NCBI GenBank assembly: GCA_965246715.1
Contig: CBDFFH010000015.1
Location: 192,001-256,000, forward strand
Direction: 5' to 3'
Source of the DNA: Chamaesiphon sp.
GTDB lineage: Bacteria > Cyanobacteriota > Cyanobacteriia > Cyanobacteriales > Chamaesiphonaceae
DNA: 64,000 nt
Shown here piece after piece: positions 1 to 10,242 of the stretch (position 1 is its first letter; the number at the start of each line of letters is the position of its first letter). The notes under the pieces were generated by a model. The model saw only the letters and a list, made by a program, of their open reading frames with translations. It searched no databases and was not told where the DNA came from. The translations under genes were made by a program, and so were the position numbers.

Positions 1-280
1 ATTTCCACATTACCGCACCGCTTCCCTTCAATTTACAGTTATTCAGTTGATAACCTGCATACCCTGGCTCTAAATCGACTTCAGTACCGTCGCATCTTCG
101 GCCCCGTACTGGCTCTGTTTTTTGGATATACTCCGTGCATAAAGCGCCAACTGTTTTGTTCCAGTCGTCAGGTACGGCGACCCAAGCGGGCTTAGTAGAT
201 GTCACTGTTTCCTTGGCAGAAACACATAGGGGAAGTACACACAAAAAAGAGAAAAACATCACGATCGACTTGGCTTGCAT
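1..280 (-). CDS. Secreted hypothetical protein, runs off window start
   Basis: Manual translation from ATG at 280 (RBS GAGG upstream): MQAKSIVMFFSFLCVLPLCVSAKETV..., signal-peptide-like, open to position 1. Confidence 0.6.
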   Translation of the reverse strand, partial: MQAKSIVMFFSFLCVLPLCVSAKETVTSTKPAWVAVPDDWNKTVGALCTEYIQKTEPVRGRRCDGTEVDLEPGYAGYQLNNCKLKGSGAVMWK

Positions 281-322
281 GATTACCTCATTGTCTAACT
301 ATCATGCGGAATGTGGGATTAA

Positions 323-352
323 AATCCGCTTTTCCATTTGGAAAAGCGGATT
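323..352 (-). terminator. Hairpin, probable terminator downstream of the cyclophilin gene
   Basis: AATCCGCTTTTCC-ATTT-GGAAAAGCGGATT, perfect 13-bp stem. Confidence 0.55.
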
Positions 353-383
353 AATCTACCGCGCGATCGAGTCATCTCGATCC

Positions 384-1508
384 TTACGCAGGCTTCACTA
401 AAAGATCTGCCCCATCGATTACTTTCGCAGACTCGATTTTATCGGCATCTTTAAGTTGTTCGAGGACTTCTTGACCAGAGATTACATAACCAAACACGGT
501 GTAACGACCGTCGAGGAGATTGCGCCCTGCGGGAGTTAATTCTGGCTCGAACAGAAAGAAAAAGAATTGTGACGAGCCGCCGTTCGGCTCAGATTCGGGA
601 CGAGCCATCGCTAAGGCACCGAAAGAGGAGAAAGGCAAAACGGGTTCTTCACGGAAGCGTCCAGCATCTTCCATCGTAATTCCATACATTGGTTCTTTAT
701 CGCCTTTAACCATTACTTCGAGCGGAATCGCCCGATATTTTTTGGTTTTGGGATCGATGAAACCAACCTCATCCCCTGGCGGATCGCCGACTTGCAGGAC
801 ATAATCTTTTTCGGCGCGGGTAAACGTCAGATTGTTATAGAATCCGCGTTGAATGAGATCGACAAAGTTACCTGCTGTCACTGGCGCACTATAACCATCC
901 ACGACCACAGTAATATTACCCTTGGTTGTTTTCAAATCGATCGTCGCACGACCTTTGAGTTGGGGCAGATTGCTATATTCTTTCGGTACCGGATAGGGAA
1001 AATTCTCGACCATTAGCGATTCGAGGGTACCGATTTTAGCGAGCGTGGCGGTGCGTTGGGCTTGAACTTGCGGCTTGTCTTTAGCTTCTGCAGCAACAGC
1101 TAATGCCTCAACACCAGTTTGGATGTCGCTAATTAATGTCTGTGCCTGAGCTTGCTTCACTTCTGGCACCCCTTTGAGGATGTCGGCTTGTTTGGTTTGC
1201 AACACTACCGCAGCTTTTTTGACATCGCTATTAATCGAACTCCACTGCTTGCCACGCAAATGATTGACAATATCTTCTAAATTGTTTTGTAGTTCTCGAA
1301 CTGGTTTATTGTCGATCGGTAGTGCATACCGCAAGATCGATTGTCCGTCAGTAATCGCATTGCCCGATGGTAATAATCCTGCCGCACTAATCCCTACAGA
1401 CATGGTTATCAGTAGCATTGCCACTACTCCAGTCTGCAACCACCGCTGCCAGCGAGCGAGTATAGAATTTTTACCCATTTGCCTTACTAAAATATCCAGA
1501 TAATTCAA
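384..1508 (-). CDS. Cyclophilin-type peptidyl-prolyl isomerase, CYP38/TLP40-like
   Basis: N-terminal helical bundle (ILRYALPIDN) plus cyclophilin domain (VDGYSAPVTAGNFVDL, GALAMAR, SSQFFF, LDGRYTVFGYV). Confidence 0.9.
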   Translation of the reverse strand: MNYLDILVRQMGKNSILARWQRWLQTGVVAMLLITMSVGISAAGLLPSGNAITDGQSILRYALPIDNKPVRELQNNLEDIVNHLRGKQWSSINSDVKKAAVVLQTKQADILKGVPEVKQAQAQTLISDIQTGVEALAVAAEAKDKPQVQAQRTATLAKIGTLESLMVENFPYPVPKEYSNLPQLKGRATIDLKTTKGNITVVVDGYSAPVTAGNFVDLIQRGFYNNLTFTRAEKDYVLQVGDPPGDEVGFIDPKTKKYRAIPLEVMVKGDKEPMYGITMEDAGRFREEPVLPFSSFGALAMARPESEPNGGSSQFFFFLFEPELTPAGRNLLDGRYTVFGYVISGQEVLEQLKDADKIESAKVIDGADLLVKPA

Positions 1509-1564
1509 CCCCTATCTTCCCACATCACCGAGCTGAAAGGGTTAGGCGCACAGGCGATCGAATG

Positions 1565-2730
1565 TTATTTTTGGCAGAAATCACGGCCACATTGCCGTAA
1601 ATTCCGAATCGTATTGGAGAGCGTCTCGTATTTAAACTTGTTGCCGCGTTGCTTGTATAGAGCGGCGGCTTGGTGAAAATCAGCTAGTTTCCCTTGTTTA
1701 TCTCCCAAACCAGAGCGAGCATTCCCACGTTGTTCGTAAGCCGCTGGCCAATTTTTTGGAAACAAGGAGATTGCTTTACTAAAATCATTAGTCGCCGCTT
1801 GCTACTTGCCCAAGTTAAAGTAGGCTTCGCCACGATAGAAGTAGGCTTCGCCATATTTTGGGTCGATCGCGATCGCGATATTGTAATCGGCGTTGCTGAA
1901 TTAATGTATGAAACGCACAAACAATTTTTGTAGGGGTAATGCCTCGTGCTTACCCCGCATCGATTCAGGGTACTCACAAGGGGCACCCCTACAAAAAATC
2001 ATACCCATATTCAGCAACGCCTTGTAATCTTTAATCGCTGCCGATCGATTAAACTGACGAGTATAGGCGTAGTCACTCGCAAAATAGGCTTCAGCCTTCT
2101 TGGGGTCGAGCGCAAGCGCTTTATTAAAGTCATTCATCGCTGCTTGCTGCTCGTGCCAGTCAAACTGGGCATTGCCACGAACGATATAGAAAGCCGCATT
2201 GTTGTGCGAAAGTACGATCGCGCGATTGAAATCCTCAGTAGCACCAATTTGGTCGAGTAGTCCATTCCGTGCCTGTCCCCGACCGATATAAGCATCTGGA
2301 TAGGTGGGAGCCAGGGCAATAGCTCGATTGTAGTCGTCGATCGCTCCTTGATAGTCTCTGTTTTTAGCTTTTGTATCCCCTACGGTGGCAATCTTAATGG
2401 CGTTGAGGGGTGGGAAATCAGATGGAGTTGTCGCGGTAGGAATGGGGGTTTGAATTCTCACAATCATTGGCTTTGACCATCTAATTAAATCAGAATCATT
2501 TGAAAAATTGACAATTGCCTGAAAATTTTTTAACGCGCCTTGTTTGTCACCGGACTTATCGCGAATATATCCACGATTGAAGTAACCACTATAATTTTTT
2601 GGATCGAGTTCGATTACTTTGGTGTAATCGCTAATGGCTCCTTGCACATCGCCAAAATACTTGCGTAAATTTGCCCGTTTGGCAAAGGCTTGAACATATC
2701 CTGGATTGAGTGCGATCGCTTTGCTGTATT
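1565..2730 (-). pseudogene. Disrupted TPR-repeat protein
   Basis: TPR motifs (GAISDYTKVIELDP, AYIGRG) are spread over several frames. Interrupted by the MITE at 1889-2021 and a 15-nt duplication near 1818-1855; 5' end abuts an IS4 remnant. Confidence 0.75.
1889..2021. mobile_element. 133-bp MITE with terminal inverted repeats and 8-bp target-site duplication
   Basis: Ends GGCGTTGCTGAAT...ATTCAGCAACGCC; TTGTAATC duplicated at 1881-1888 and 2022-2029; internal REP-like hairpin TTTTTGTAGGGGT...ACCCCTACAAAAA. Confidence 0.9.
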
Positions 2731-3064
2731 TACCAACCGCACCTTTAAGATTTCAATTTCTTGAACAATGCCTCTAAAGTTGAGCCATCACATGCCCAAA
2801 CTCTCTCGAATTTTGTGCTAGGAAATTCCAGACTTTGTGGTAATGGTCGCTGTTTTCTCCTGTGCCACTTTGTGCTGAATTCTGGTAATAATTCCTTAAA
2901 TACTCTTTCAAATAACTCGGCTGGAAAAGTCAAGAATCTTTGAGAGATCGCCTGTTGGCTTACTTGTGTTGGTGAACACCACAAAAATGCTTCTTTAGTC
3001 AGAGTTTGACATATTTTCCGTTCCTCCTTGACAACGCTCTAATTTTCTTAACTTGTCACGAATG
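2731..3064 (-). mobile_element. IS4-family transposase remnant, internally deleted
   Basis: ORF 2745-2984 (VSQQAISQRFLTFPAELFERVF...VWACDGSTLEALF) resembles cyanobacterial IS4 transposases; probable terminal repeat CCATTCGTGACAAGTT near 3049-3064. Confidence 0.6.
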
Positions 3065-3581
3065 GACGACACCTGCGATCGCCTACTTAGAGAGTTATTT
3101 TCCCGATGTAATTACCAATCGCTATCTCCCCGATCTTGTCTGGGCTTGGGTCAAGCAGCAAATTTCGCCGATCGATGACGATCGATTGGCGAGGCAGCGA
3201 TTGCCGCTGCGGATCGAGCGTGACGGACGACAACTGACGATGCCCGCGATCGCCGCACCAACGGAAAATCGCTATCTGCTGTTAATCGAAGAACAAACTC
3301 TAGCTCTTTTGCCGCGACTGGAATTATTGGGATTGAGTCAGCGCGAGACTGAAGTGCTGTATTTAGTTATGCGCGGCGAAACCAATCAAGCGATCGCCAA
3401 ACAACTCGACGTGGCAATCGGTACGGTGAGGAAGCATTTAGGTCATGTTTTCGACAAACTTGGAGTTCAAAGTCGTACCGAAGCGATCGCCCAAGTCCTA
3501 CAGAGATTGGGATTACTCGACGATCCGTCGACCGATACTGACCGATCGCCAATCGTCACCAGTGGTAACAAGGAGGATTAA
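3006..3581 (+). CDS. LuxR-type HTH transcriptional regulator, probably 5'-truncated
   Basis: LSQRETEVLYLVMRGETNQAIAKQLDVAIGTVRKHLGHVFDKLGV; the first ~20 codons overlap the IS end. Confidence 0.75.
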   Translation: MTYFPFLLDNALIFLTCHEWTTPAIAYLESYFPDVITNRYLPDLVWAWVKQQISPIDDDRLARQRLPLRIERDGRQLTMPAIAAPTENRYLLLIEEQTLALLPRLELLGLSQRETEVLYLVMRGETNQAIAKQLDVAIGTVRKHLGHVFDKLGVQSRTEAIAQVLQRLGLLDDPSTDTDRSPIVTSGNKED

Positions 3582-3722
3582 CAATCCGCGAACATCTCTA
3601 TCGATCGATAGAAAACTCGATCGTCCCAAATATTCAGATCTAAAGATGGCGGTAAACCGTAAGTTAGCTAGATTAAGCGTATCAAAATCTGCTATCTGCA
3701 CTACCAAAATTTAGGAGCTAAC

Positions 3723-4529
3723 ATGCCCGTGGAAGATACTTTAAACCGCCCCTTGGCGGTAGTTACAGGTGCCTCTAGTGGCATTGGTTTCGAGCTGGCA
3801 AAACAGTTCGCTCAAAACGGCTTCGATCTAGTCGTTGCGGCTGAGTCTGCGGACATCGACACAGCGGCGCAGTCCTTCGAGCAATTGGGCACAAAAGTCG
3901 AGAGCATACGGGTAGATCTGGCGACCTATGACGGTGTAGAGCAACTTTACGATCGCATCAAATCCCTCGATCGACCCGTCGCCGCAATCGCCCTCAATGC
4001 AGGTGTCGGTGTCGGTGGCGAGTTTGCCAAAACCGATCTCCAAGAGGAACTCAACCTCATTGCCCTCAACGTTACCTCCACCATCCACCTCGCCAAACGC
4101 ATCGTCAACCACATGCTCCCGCATGGCAACGGCAAAATATTATTTACTTCCTCGATCGTCTCCCAGATGCCCAGCCCCTTCCAAGCAGTCTATGCGGCAT
4201 CCAAAGCCTTCGTTCACTCCTTTGCCGAAGCCATCCGTAACGAACTAAAAGACACGGGTATCACCGTCACGGCTCTGATGCCAGGAGCCACCGATACCAA
4301 CTTCTTCGATCGAGCTGGACTCGAAGACACCAAAGTCGGCGCAGCCAAAAAAGATGACCCGGCTAAAGTCGCCAAACAGGGATTCGATGCATTAATGGCT
4401 GGCAAGGACTCCACCCTAGCAGAATCCCTAGTCACAAAAATCGGCGGCGCGATCGGCAGTATCTTACCCGATACTGTCACCGCCGAAATGAATCGCAAAA
4501 TTAACGAACCAAAATCGGCAAATAACTAG
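3723..4529 (+). CDS. Short-chain dehydrogenase/reductase
   Basis: TGASSGIG, NAG and YAASK motifs. Confidence 0.92.
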   Translation: MPVEDTLNRPLAVVTGASSGIGFELAKQFAQNGFDLVVAAESADIDTAAQSFEQLGTKVESIRVDLATYDGVEQLYDRIKSLDRPVAAIALNAGVGVGGEFAKTDLQEELNLIALNVTSTIHLAKRIVNHMLPHGNGKILFTSSIVSQMPSPFQAVYAASKAFVHSFAEAIRNELKDTGITVTALMPGATDTNFFDRAGLEDTKVGAAKKDDPAKVAKQGFDALMAGKDSTLAESLVTKIGGAIGSILPDTVTAEMNRKINEPKSANN

Positions 4530-4618
4530 CGATCGGCCTGTGTGGGCGATCTTTTTTGACTTAATTACTTGGTGGATTTACAGCTTGTAGATCGCTGGAT
4601 GAAAGCGTAGGTGGTGGA

Positions 4619-4751
4619 ATCCCCCTAAATCCCCCTTTTTAAGGGGGACTAAGAGCAGAGCGAGGGGAAATTCTTAATAGGAATAGAAATCATACCAAGC
4701 AAGGGACTAATAACCCGCTCTTAGCTCCCTTTTTAAGGGGGTTGGGGGATT
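4619..4751. repeat. REP-like G/C-run palindromic repeat pair
   Basis: CCCCCTAAATCCCCCTTTTTAAGGGGGACT and an inverted counterpart ending GGGGGTTGGGGGAT. Confidence 0.65.
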
Positions 4752-4809
4752 CAGCCCTCGCAACGCAGCCAAGCCAAGCTCGTTCGTCACCCCCCCCTAA
4801 CAAACAACC

Positions 4810-5016
4810 GACTGGCGCAGCTAATGCGAAGCGCGCCACGCTGCCCACAAACCAACCCTTATGCAGAGGAGTTTAAGGAGCGGAGTGCCGCCCCTCAACG
4901 GGGGGTCTGGGGGAGCGGCTCGCGCCCGTCGGGTTTCCCGACGCGAAAAGCTATAGTCGGTGCACCGACTATGAGCCAAGACAAGCCTCCCCCAGATCCG
5001 GGTTCTCTTAGCACCA
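4810..5016 (+). repeat. GC-rich dispersed repeat family, copy A
   Basis: Shares GACTGGCG-AGCTAATGCGAAGCGC...GGGGTCTGGGGG...CCCCCAGATCCGGGTTCTCTTAGCACCA with 7399-7565. Confidence 0.85.
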
Positions 5017-5056
5017 ATAAATCAAGACCAAGCATCAACACCCCCAAAAAGCACCA

Positions 5057-5433
5057 ATGATAAAAGCCATCGGCTACGCAGCCCAAACCGCCACCGACCC
5101 CCTCAAACCGCTAGAATTCGATCGCCAAGAACCCACCGCCAACCAAATCCAAATCGATAGCCTCTACTATTTTGCCCTCAAAATGCCCGAAAACCTCGAC
5201 ATCAAATCGATCGTAGCCAAGTTGCTTTTTATCGGCGATCGATCTCAGGTTCCCTCATCGGTGGGATTGCCGAAACTTAGGAGGTGCTGGACTTTTGTGC
5301 CGAACATGGCATCGTTTCCGAGGTTGAAATCATCCCGATTCAAAAAATCAATCAAGCCTACGAGCGAATGCTCGCAGGTGAGGTGAAATACCGTTTTGTC
5401 ATCGATATGGAATCGCTCAAACAAACTATTTAG
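5057..5433 (+). pseudogene. Zn-dependent (cinnamyl-type) alcohol dehydrogenase, internally deleted
   Basis: N-terminus MIKAIGYAAQ...FDRQEP, a middle fragment FALKMPENLD, and in another frame the C-terminus (SISGSLIGGIAET...INQAYERMLAGEVKYRFVIDM); only ~380 nt in total. Confidence 0.8.
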
Positions 5434-5445
5434 GGAACAAAACTG

Positions 5446-6591
5446 ATGGTTAGTCAACTTAAGAAATTACCCACGATCGAAATGGCAGGCACGTTAGAGC
5501 CTGTCGCTCACTTTAACGACGCGATGCCCACAGGTGTTACCGTCTCCCAGCAAGGACGGATCTTTGTCAACTTCCCCAAGTGGGGCGATAACGTCGAATA
5601 CTCCGTCGCCGAAATTCGCAACGGCGAAGCAGTTCCCTATCCCAGTGCTGAATTCAACCGCGACGAACCAGATGCACCAGTCGCATCGCTCGTATCCGTC
5701 CAAAGCGTAGTTGTCGATCCGATCGATCGCTTATGGATCCTCGATACAGGCAGTCCGATGTTTCAGCCGACGCAATATGGTGGCCCCAAATTAGTCTGCA
5801 TCGATCTGGCAACCGATCGGGTCGTCAAAACTATCCTCTTCCCCCAAGATGTTGCCCTCGCCACGACCTACCTCAACGATATCCGCTTCGACTTGCGGCG
5901 TGGGAGTGAAGGGATGGCATTTATCACCGATTCCGCCGACAAAGGCGCGAATGGGATTATCGTTGTCGATCTCGCCTCCGGCGAAAGCTGGCGCAAACTC
6001 CACGACCATCCCTCAACCAAAGCCGAATCCCTGCATGATTTCCTGCCGATCGTCGAAGGCAAACCCTTAATGGAACGCCAAGCCGATGGCAGCACCAAAC
6101 CGATGACGATGGGTGCCGATGGGATTGCGATTAGTGCCGATGGTTCGCGGTTGTATTATTGCCCCCTGATGAGCCGGAAACTATACAGTGTCTCGATCGA
6201 TTGTTTGTGCGATCGAGACATGGACGAGGATACCGTGGTGGCTTCCGTTATCAACGAAGGCGATAAAGGCGGCGGAGCCGACGGACTCGAATCCGATGCT
6301 GCTGGTTATATTTACGTCACCAATTACGAGCATCAAGCCATTCTCCGCCGCACCCCACAAGGCATGTGGGAGACCGTCGTCCATGACTCGCGCTTGATGT
6401 GGACGGATACGATGTCGATCGCATCCGATGGCTATCTATACATCATTGCCAACCAATTACACCGTCAGCCCAAGTACCAACTAGGTCGCGACCTCCGCAT
6501 CAAGCCCTATACCCTATTTCGGATTCGGATCGACGCGCAACCGATTCGGTTGTACTCGCATAACCAAGCACAGGTACCCATTCACCACTGA
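5446..6591 (+). CDS. Major royal jelly/yellow family beta-propeller protein
   Basis: SVQSVVVDPIDRLWILDTG, YLNDIRFD, GADGIAIS motifs. Confidence 0.85.
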   Translation: MVSQLKKLPTIEMAGTLEPVAHFNDAMPTGVTVSQQGRIFVNFPKWGDNVEYSVAEIRNGEAVPYPSAEFNRDEPDAPVASLVSVQSVVVDPIDRLWILDTGSPMFQPTQYGGPKLVCIDLATDRVVKTILFPQDVALATTYLNDIRFDLRRGSEGMAFITDSADKGANGIIVVDLASGESWRKLHDHPSTKAESLHDFLPIVEGKPLMERQADGSTKPMTMGADGIAISADGSRLYYCPLMSRKLYSVSIDCLCDRDMDEDTVVASVINEGDKGGGADGLESDAAGYIYVTNYEHQAILRRTPQGMWETVVHDSRLMWTDTMSIASDGYLYIIANQLHRQPKYQLGRDLRIKPYTLFRIRIDAQPIRLYSHNQAQVPIHH

Positions 6592-6603
6592 AAGCAAACT
6601 ACC

Positions 6604-7083
6604 ATGACACCATTTAAAGCCACCAAAACTCTGACGATTAATAAGCCCGCTCCCGAACTTTACAAGTATTGGCACAACTTCGAGAACCTACCCAGCTTCA
6701 TGAAGCATCTCCAATCCGTCAAGGTTATCGATAATGTCAAATCCCACTGGGTTACACGCGGCCCCTTGGGTGGCACCGTCGAATGGGATGCCATCATCAT
6801 CGAAGACTTTGAAAATCAATCGATTTCCTGGGCATCTGCCGAACAAGCCGACGTGCAAAATACTGGCTTTATCCGCTTCACGCCGCTATCTCACGATCGC
6901 GGTACTGAGGTGAAGGTCGAGATCGAGTACAACCCTCCCGCAGGGGCGATCGGCGACAAGCTTTTGGCTCTGTTCGGGGAGTCTCCAAAGCAGCAGTTAG
7001 GCGACGATCTGCGTCGGTTCAAGATGCTGATGGAGGCGGGGGAGATTGCGACAACTGAGGGGCAATCGAGAGGACACGATTGA
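6604..7083 (+). CDS. SRPBCC (cyclase/dehydrase-like) protein
   Basis: LYKYWHNFENLPSFMKHL, VEWDA, DLRRFKMLMEAGEIATTEGQ. Confidence 0.88.
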   Translation: MTPFKATKTLTINKPAPELYKYWHNFENLPSFMKHLQSVKVIDNVKSHWVTRGPLGGTVEWDAIIIEDFENQSISWASAEQADVQNTGFIRFTPLSHDRGTEVKVEIEYNPPAGAIGDKLLALFGESPKQQLGDDLRRFKMLMEAGEIATTEGQSRGHD

Positions 7084-7111
7084 TAGATCTGGCAAGCTGG
7101 ATTTTAGATAT

Positions 7112-7277
7112 GTGCTTAGTTTGAAGTTGCTGGTGCTAGAGAACCCGGATCTGGGGGTTCTGACCCCCAGACCCCCCACCGAGGGGGTGCGTCCCGCCCC
7201 TCGGACTCCCCATCGTAAGGTTTGGTTTGTGGGAATCGATTAGCGCTTCGCATTAGCTACGCCAGTCATCGATCTGT
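7112..7277 (-). repeat. GC-rich dispersed repeat family, copy B (inverted relative to copy C)
   Basis: 7229-7277 is the exact reverse complement of 7399-7447. Confidence 0.85.
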
Positions 7278-7398
7278 ATGCGAGTGGGAGCGGATTGCAG
7301 CCGCCTAACCAATACGACTAAATAAGAAGCTAACTAATTTCAAGAACGATCGATACATTCCAACCATCGAGCTTACGCTCGATCGCCAAACCCCACCC

Positions 7399-7565
7399 AC
7401 AGATCGATGACTGGCGTAGCTAATGCGAAGCGCTAATCGATTCCCACTAACAACACCTTGTGCAGGGGAGTTTGAGGGGCGGCACTCCGCCCTTCAACGG
7501 GGGGTCTGGGGGAGGCCGCCCCCAGATCCGGGTTCTCTTAGCACCAGTAGCTAAAAACTAAGCAC
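7399..7565 (+). repeat. GC-rich dispersed repeat family, copy C
   Basis: Same modules as copies A, B and D. Confidence 0.85.
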
Positions 7566-7618
7566 TAATCACCCCCTTAATATCAGAACGTAGCAAACCA
7601 TCCCCAAAGGAAAAAACC

Positions 7619-8785
7619 ATGAAAGCCGTCTGCTGGCAAGGTACCGATAAAGTCCAAGTCGAAACCGTACCCGATCCCAAAATTCTCAACCCCAGAGATG
7701 CGATCGTCAAAATCACCTCCACCGCAATTTGTGGATCCGACCTCCACCTCTACGGCGGCTACAACCCTACCATGAAACACGGCGACATCCTCGGCCACGA
7801 ATTCATGGGCGAAATCGTCGAACTCGGTAGCGAAGTCAAAAACAAAAAAATTGGTACCCGCGTCGTCGTTCCCTTCGCAGTCGCCTGCGGTGGTTGTTTC
7901 TTCTGCAACCGCGATCTCTGGTCGCTGTGTGACAACGGCATCCCCAACGGTTGGCTCCCCGAAAAAGTTATTGGTTATGCCCCATCTGGTATCTTCGGTT
8001 ACTCCCACTTCACAGGCGGCTACGCAGGCGGTCAAGCCGAATACGCTCGCGTCCCCTTCGCCGATGTCGCCTTGCTAGAAATTCCTGACGGCATTCCCGA
8101 TGAGAAAGTCTTATTCCTGACCGATATTTTCCCCACAGGCTACATGGCCGCCGAAAATTGCCATATTCAGCCAGGGGATACCGTCGCGATTTGGGGCTGT
8201 GGCCCTGTCGGGCAATTTGCCATCCGCAGTGCCCTGATGCTCGGGGCCGAAAAGGTCATCGCGATCGATCGCGTCCCCGAACGCCTGCAACTAGCCAGAC
8301 AAGGCGGCGCAGAAATCTTAAATTATGAGGAAGTCGAGGTCGGCGAAGCCCTCAAAGAAATGACTGGCGGACGCGGCCCCGATTCGGTGATGGATGCCGT
8401 CGGCTCCGAAGCGCATGGCATGGGTTTAGAAGGTTTCTACGATCGCGCGATGCAAACTGTCGGACTCGAAACCGATCGACCCAGCGCCCTCCGACAAGCG
8501 ATTGTATCATGTCGTAAAGGCGGTACCGTCTCCGTTCCTGGCGAATACTCTGGCTTGGTCGATAAGCTGCCGATGGGCGCATTTATGAACAAAGGTCTGA
8601 CGATGCGGAGCGGCCAAACCCACATCCATCGCTACTTACGTCCGTTACTCGATCGGATTCAAAACGGCGATATCGACCCCTCATTCGTCATCAGCCACAT
8701 TCTCCCGCTCTCGGAAGCACCCAAGGCTTATGACATCTTCAAGCACAAGAAGGATAACTGCATCAAGGTCGTGCTCAAGCCTTAA
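7619..8785 (+). CDS. Zn-dependent alcohol/formaldehyde dehydrogenase-like protein, paralog 1
   Basis: ICGSDLH, GHE, CxxCxxC structural Zn site, GCGPVG. Confidence 0.92.
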   Translation: MKAVCWQGTDKVQVETVPDPKILNPRDAIVKITSTAICGSDLHLYGGYNPTMKHGDILGHEFMGEIVELGSEVKNKKIGTRVVVPFAVACGGCFFCNRDLWSLCDNGIPNGWLPEKVIGYAPSGIFGYSHFTGGYAGGQAEYARVPFADVALLEIPDGIPDEKVLFLTDIFPTGYMAAENCHIQPGDTVAIWGCGPVGQFAIRSALMLGAEKVIAIDRVPERLQLARQGGAEILNYEEVEVGEALKEMTGGRGPDSVMDAVGSEAHGMGLEGFYDRAMQTVGLETDRPSALRQAIVSCRKGGTVSVPGEYSGLVDKLPMGAFMNKGLTMRSGQTHIHRYLRPLLDRIQNGDIDPSFVISHILPLSEAPKAYDIFKHKKDNCIKVVLKP

Positions 8786-8820
8786 TGGAACTCGATCTTG
8801 AGGGATCGAGCACAAATTTT

Positions 8821-8923
8821 GCCCTCATCCCCTAACCCCTTCTCCTAGAATTAGGAGCGATTCGCTCCGGTCTGACTCTTGCTTCTCTCTCCCAGAATTG
8901 GGAGAGGGGCTGGGGGAGAGGGC
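8821..8923. repeat. REP-like palindromic repeat
   Basis: GCCCTCATCCCCTAACCCCTTCTCC ... CTCTCCCAGAATTGGGAGAGGGGCTGGGGGAGAGGGC. Confidence 0.65.
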
Positions 8924-8959
8924 CAGCCAAACATCATTCAATTAATGGAGATTTAAATC

Positions 8960-10126
8960 GTGAAAGCAGTTTGTTGGCAAGGTACGAATAAAGTTGAAGT
9001 CGAAACCGTTCCCGATCCGAAGATTCTCAACCCCCGCGATGCGATCGTCAAAATCACCTCCACCGCCATTTGTGGCTCCGATCTGCACTTGTATGATGGT
9101 TACAACCCCACCATGAAACATGGTGACATTCTCGGTCATGAATTCATGGGCGAGATCGTCGAACTCGGTAGCGGAGTTAAAAATAAAAAAGTCGGTACCC
9201 GCGTCGTTGTCCCCTTCACCATTTCCTGCGGGAACTGTTTCTTCTGCAAGCGGGATTCTTGGTCGCTGTGCGATAACTCCAACCCCAATGCGTGGATGGC
9301 AGAGAAAATGCTCGGTCATTCCCCTTCGGGCTTGTACGGCTACTCGCATCTGACAGGCGGCTATGCAGGCGGTCAAGCCGAATACGCGCGCGTCCCGTTT
9401 GCGGATGTCGGTCTATTTGAAGTTCCCGATGGTTTAACTGACGAGCAGGTATTATTCCTGACCGATATCTTCCCGACTGGCTACATGGCTGCGGAAAACT
9501 GCGATATTCAACCTGGGGATACCGTGGCGATTTGGGGGTGCGGTCCTGTCGGACAGTTTGCGATTCGGAGTGCCTTTATGTTTGGTGCCGAGCGGGTAAT
9601 TGCGATCGATCGCGTGCCCGAACGTCTGGCGATGGCTAAAGCTGGCGGCGCGGAAATCCTAAATTATGAAGAGATCGAAGTCGGTGAAGCGCTCAAGGAA
9701 ATGACCAGCGGACGCGGCCCCGATGCCGTGATGGATGCCGTGGGGATGGAAGCACACGGACTGGGGTTGGAAGGGTTTGTCGATACCGTCAAACAAAACC
9801 TCAAAATCGAAACCGATCGACCGAGTGTGCTCCGTCAGGCGATCGTTGCATGTCGCAAAGGTGGCACGGTATCGGTACCTGGAGTCTACACGGGTCTAGT
9901 CGATAGCATCCCGATGGGCGCATTCATGAATAAAGGTTTGACGATGAAAACCGGACAAACGGACATTCATTACTACATACCGAAGCTACTCGATCGGATC
10001 CAAAATGGCGACATCGATCCCTCCTTCGTCATCAGCCACCGCCTCCCACTTTCCCAAGCCCCCCACGCTTACGAAATCTTCAAGCACAAGCAGGATAAGT
10101 GTACCAAGGTCGTCCTCAAGCCTTAA
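8960..10126 (+). CDS. Zn-dependent alcohol/formaldehyde dehydrogenase-like protein, paralog 2
   Basis: Same length (388 aa) and motifs as 7619-8785; tandem duplicate. Confidence 0.92.
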   Translation: MKAVCWQGTNKVEVETVPDPKILNPRDAIVKITSTAICGSDLHLYDGYNPTMKHGDILGHEFMGEIVELGSGVKNKKVGTRVVVPFTISCGNCFFCKRDSWSLCDNSNPNAWMAEKMLGHSPSGLYGYSHLTGGYAGGQAEYARVPFADVGLFEVPDGLTDEQVLFLTDIFPTGYMAAENCDIQPGDTVAIWGCGPVGQFAIRSAFMFGAERVIAIDRVPERLAMAKAGGAEILNYEEIEVGEALKEMTSGRGPDAVMDAVGMEAHGLGLEGFVDTVKQNLKIETDRPSVLRQAIVACRKGGTVSVPGVYTGLVDSIPMGAFMNKGLTMKTGQTDIHYYIPKLLDRIQNGDIDPSFVISHRLPLSQAPHAYEIFKHKQDKCTKVVLKP

Positions 10127-10142
10127 ATTTGGTCGCTGACGG

Positions 10143-10172
10143 TAGCTCGATCGATTAGACTCGATCGAGCTA
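10143..10172 (+). terminator. Terminator hairpin
   Basis: TAGCTCGATCGA-TTAGAC-TCGATCGAGCTA followed by TTTT. Confidence 0.6.
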
Positions 10173-10242
10173 TTTTCACATTAACATCGATACTTTCTAT
10201 CGATTTATCAGATTTTGGCAGTTGGGCAATATTGCTACTGCC

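Noticed and set aside
1..280. efp downstream of the cyclophilin, as in many cyanobacteria
   Set aside because: The translation is a signal-peptide protein with no EF-P motifs
4810..7565. CRISPR array
   Set aside because: Repeats are long, few, irregularly spaced and partly inverted; no cas genes in the window
7583..9376. Similar antisense ORFs 7583-8035 and 8942-9376
   Set aside because: Shadow frames of the duplicated dehydrogenases
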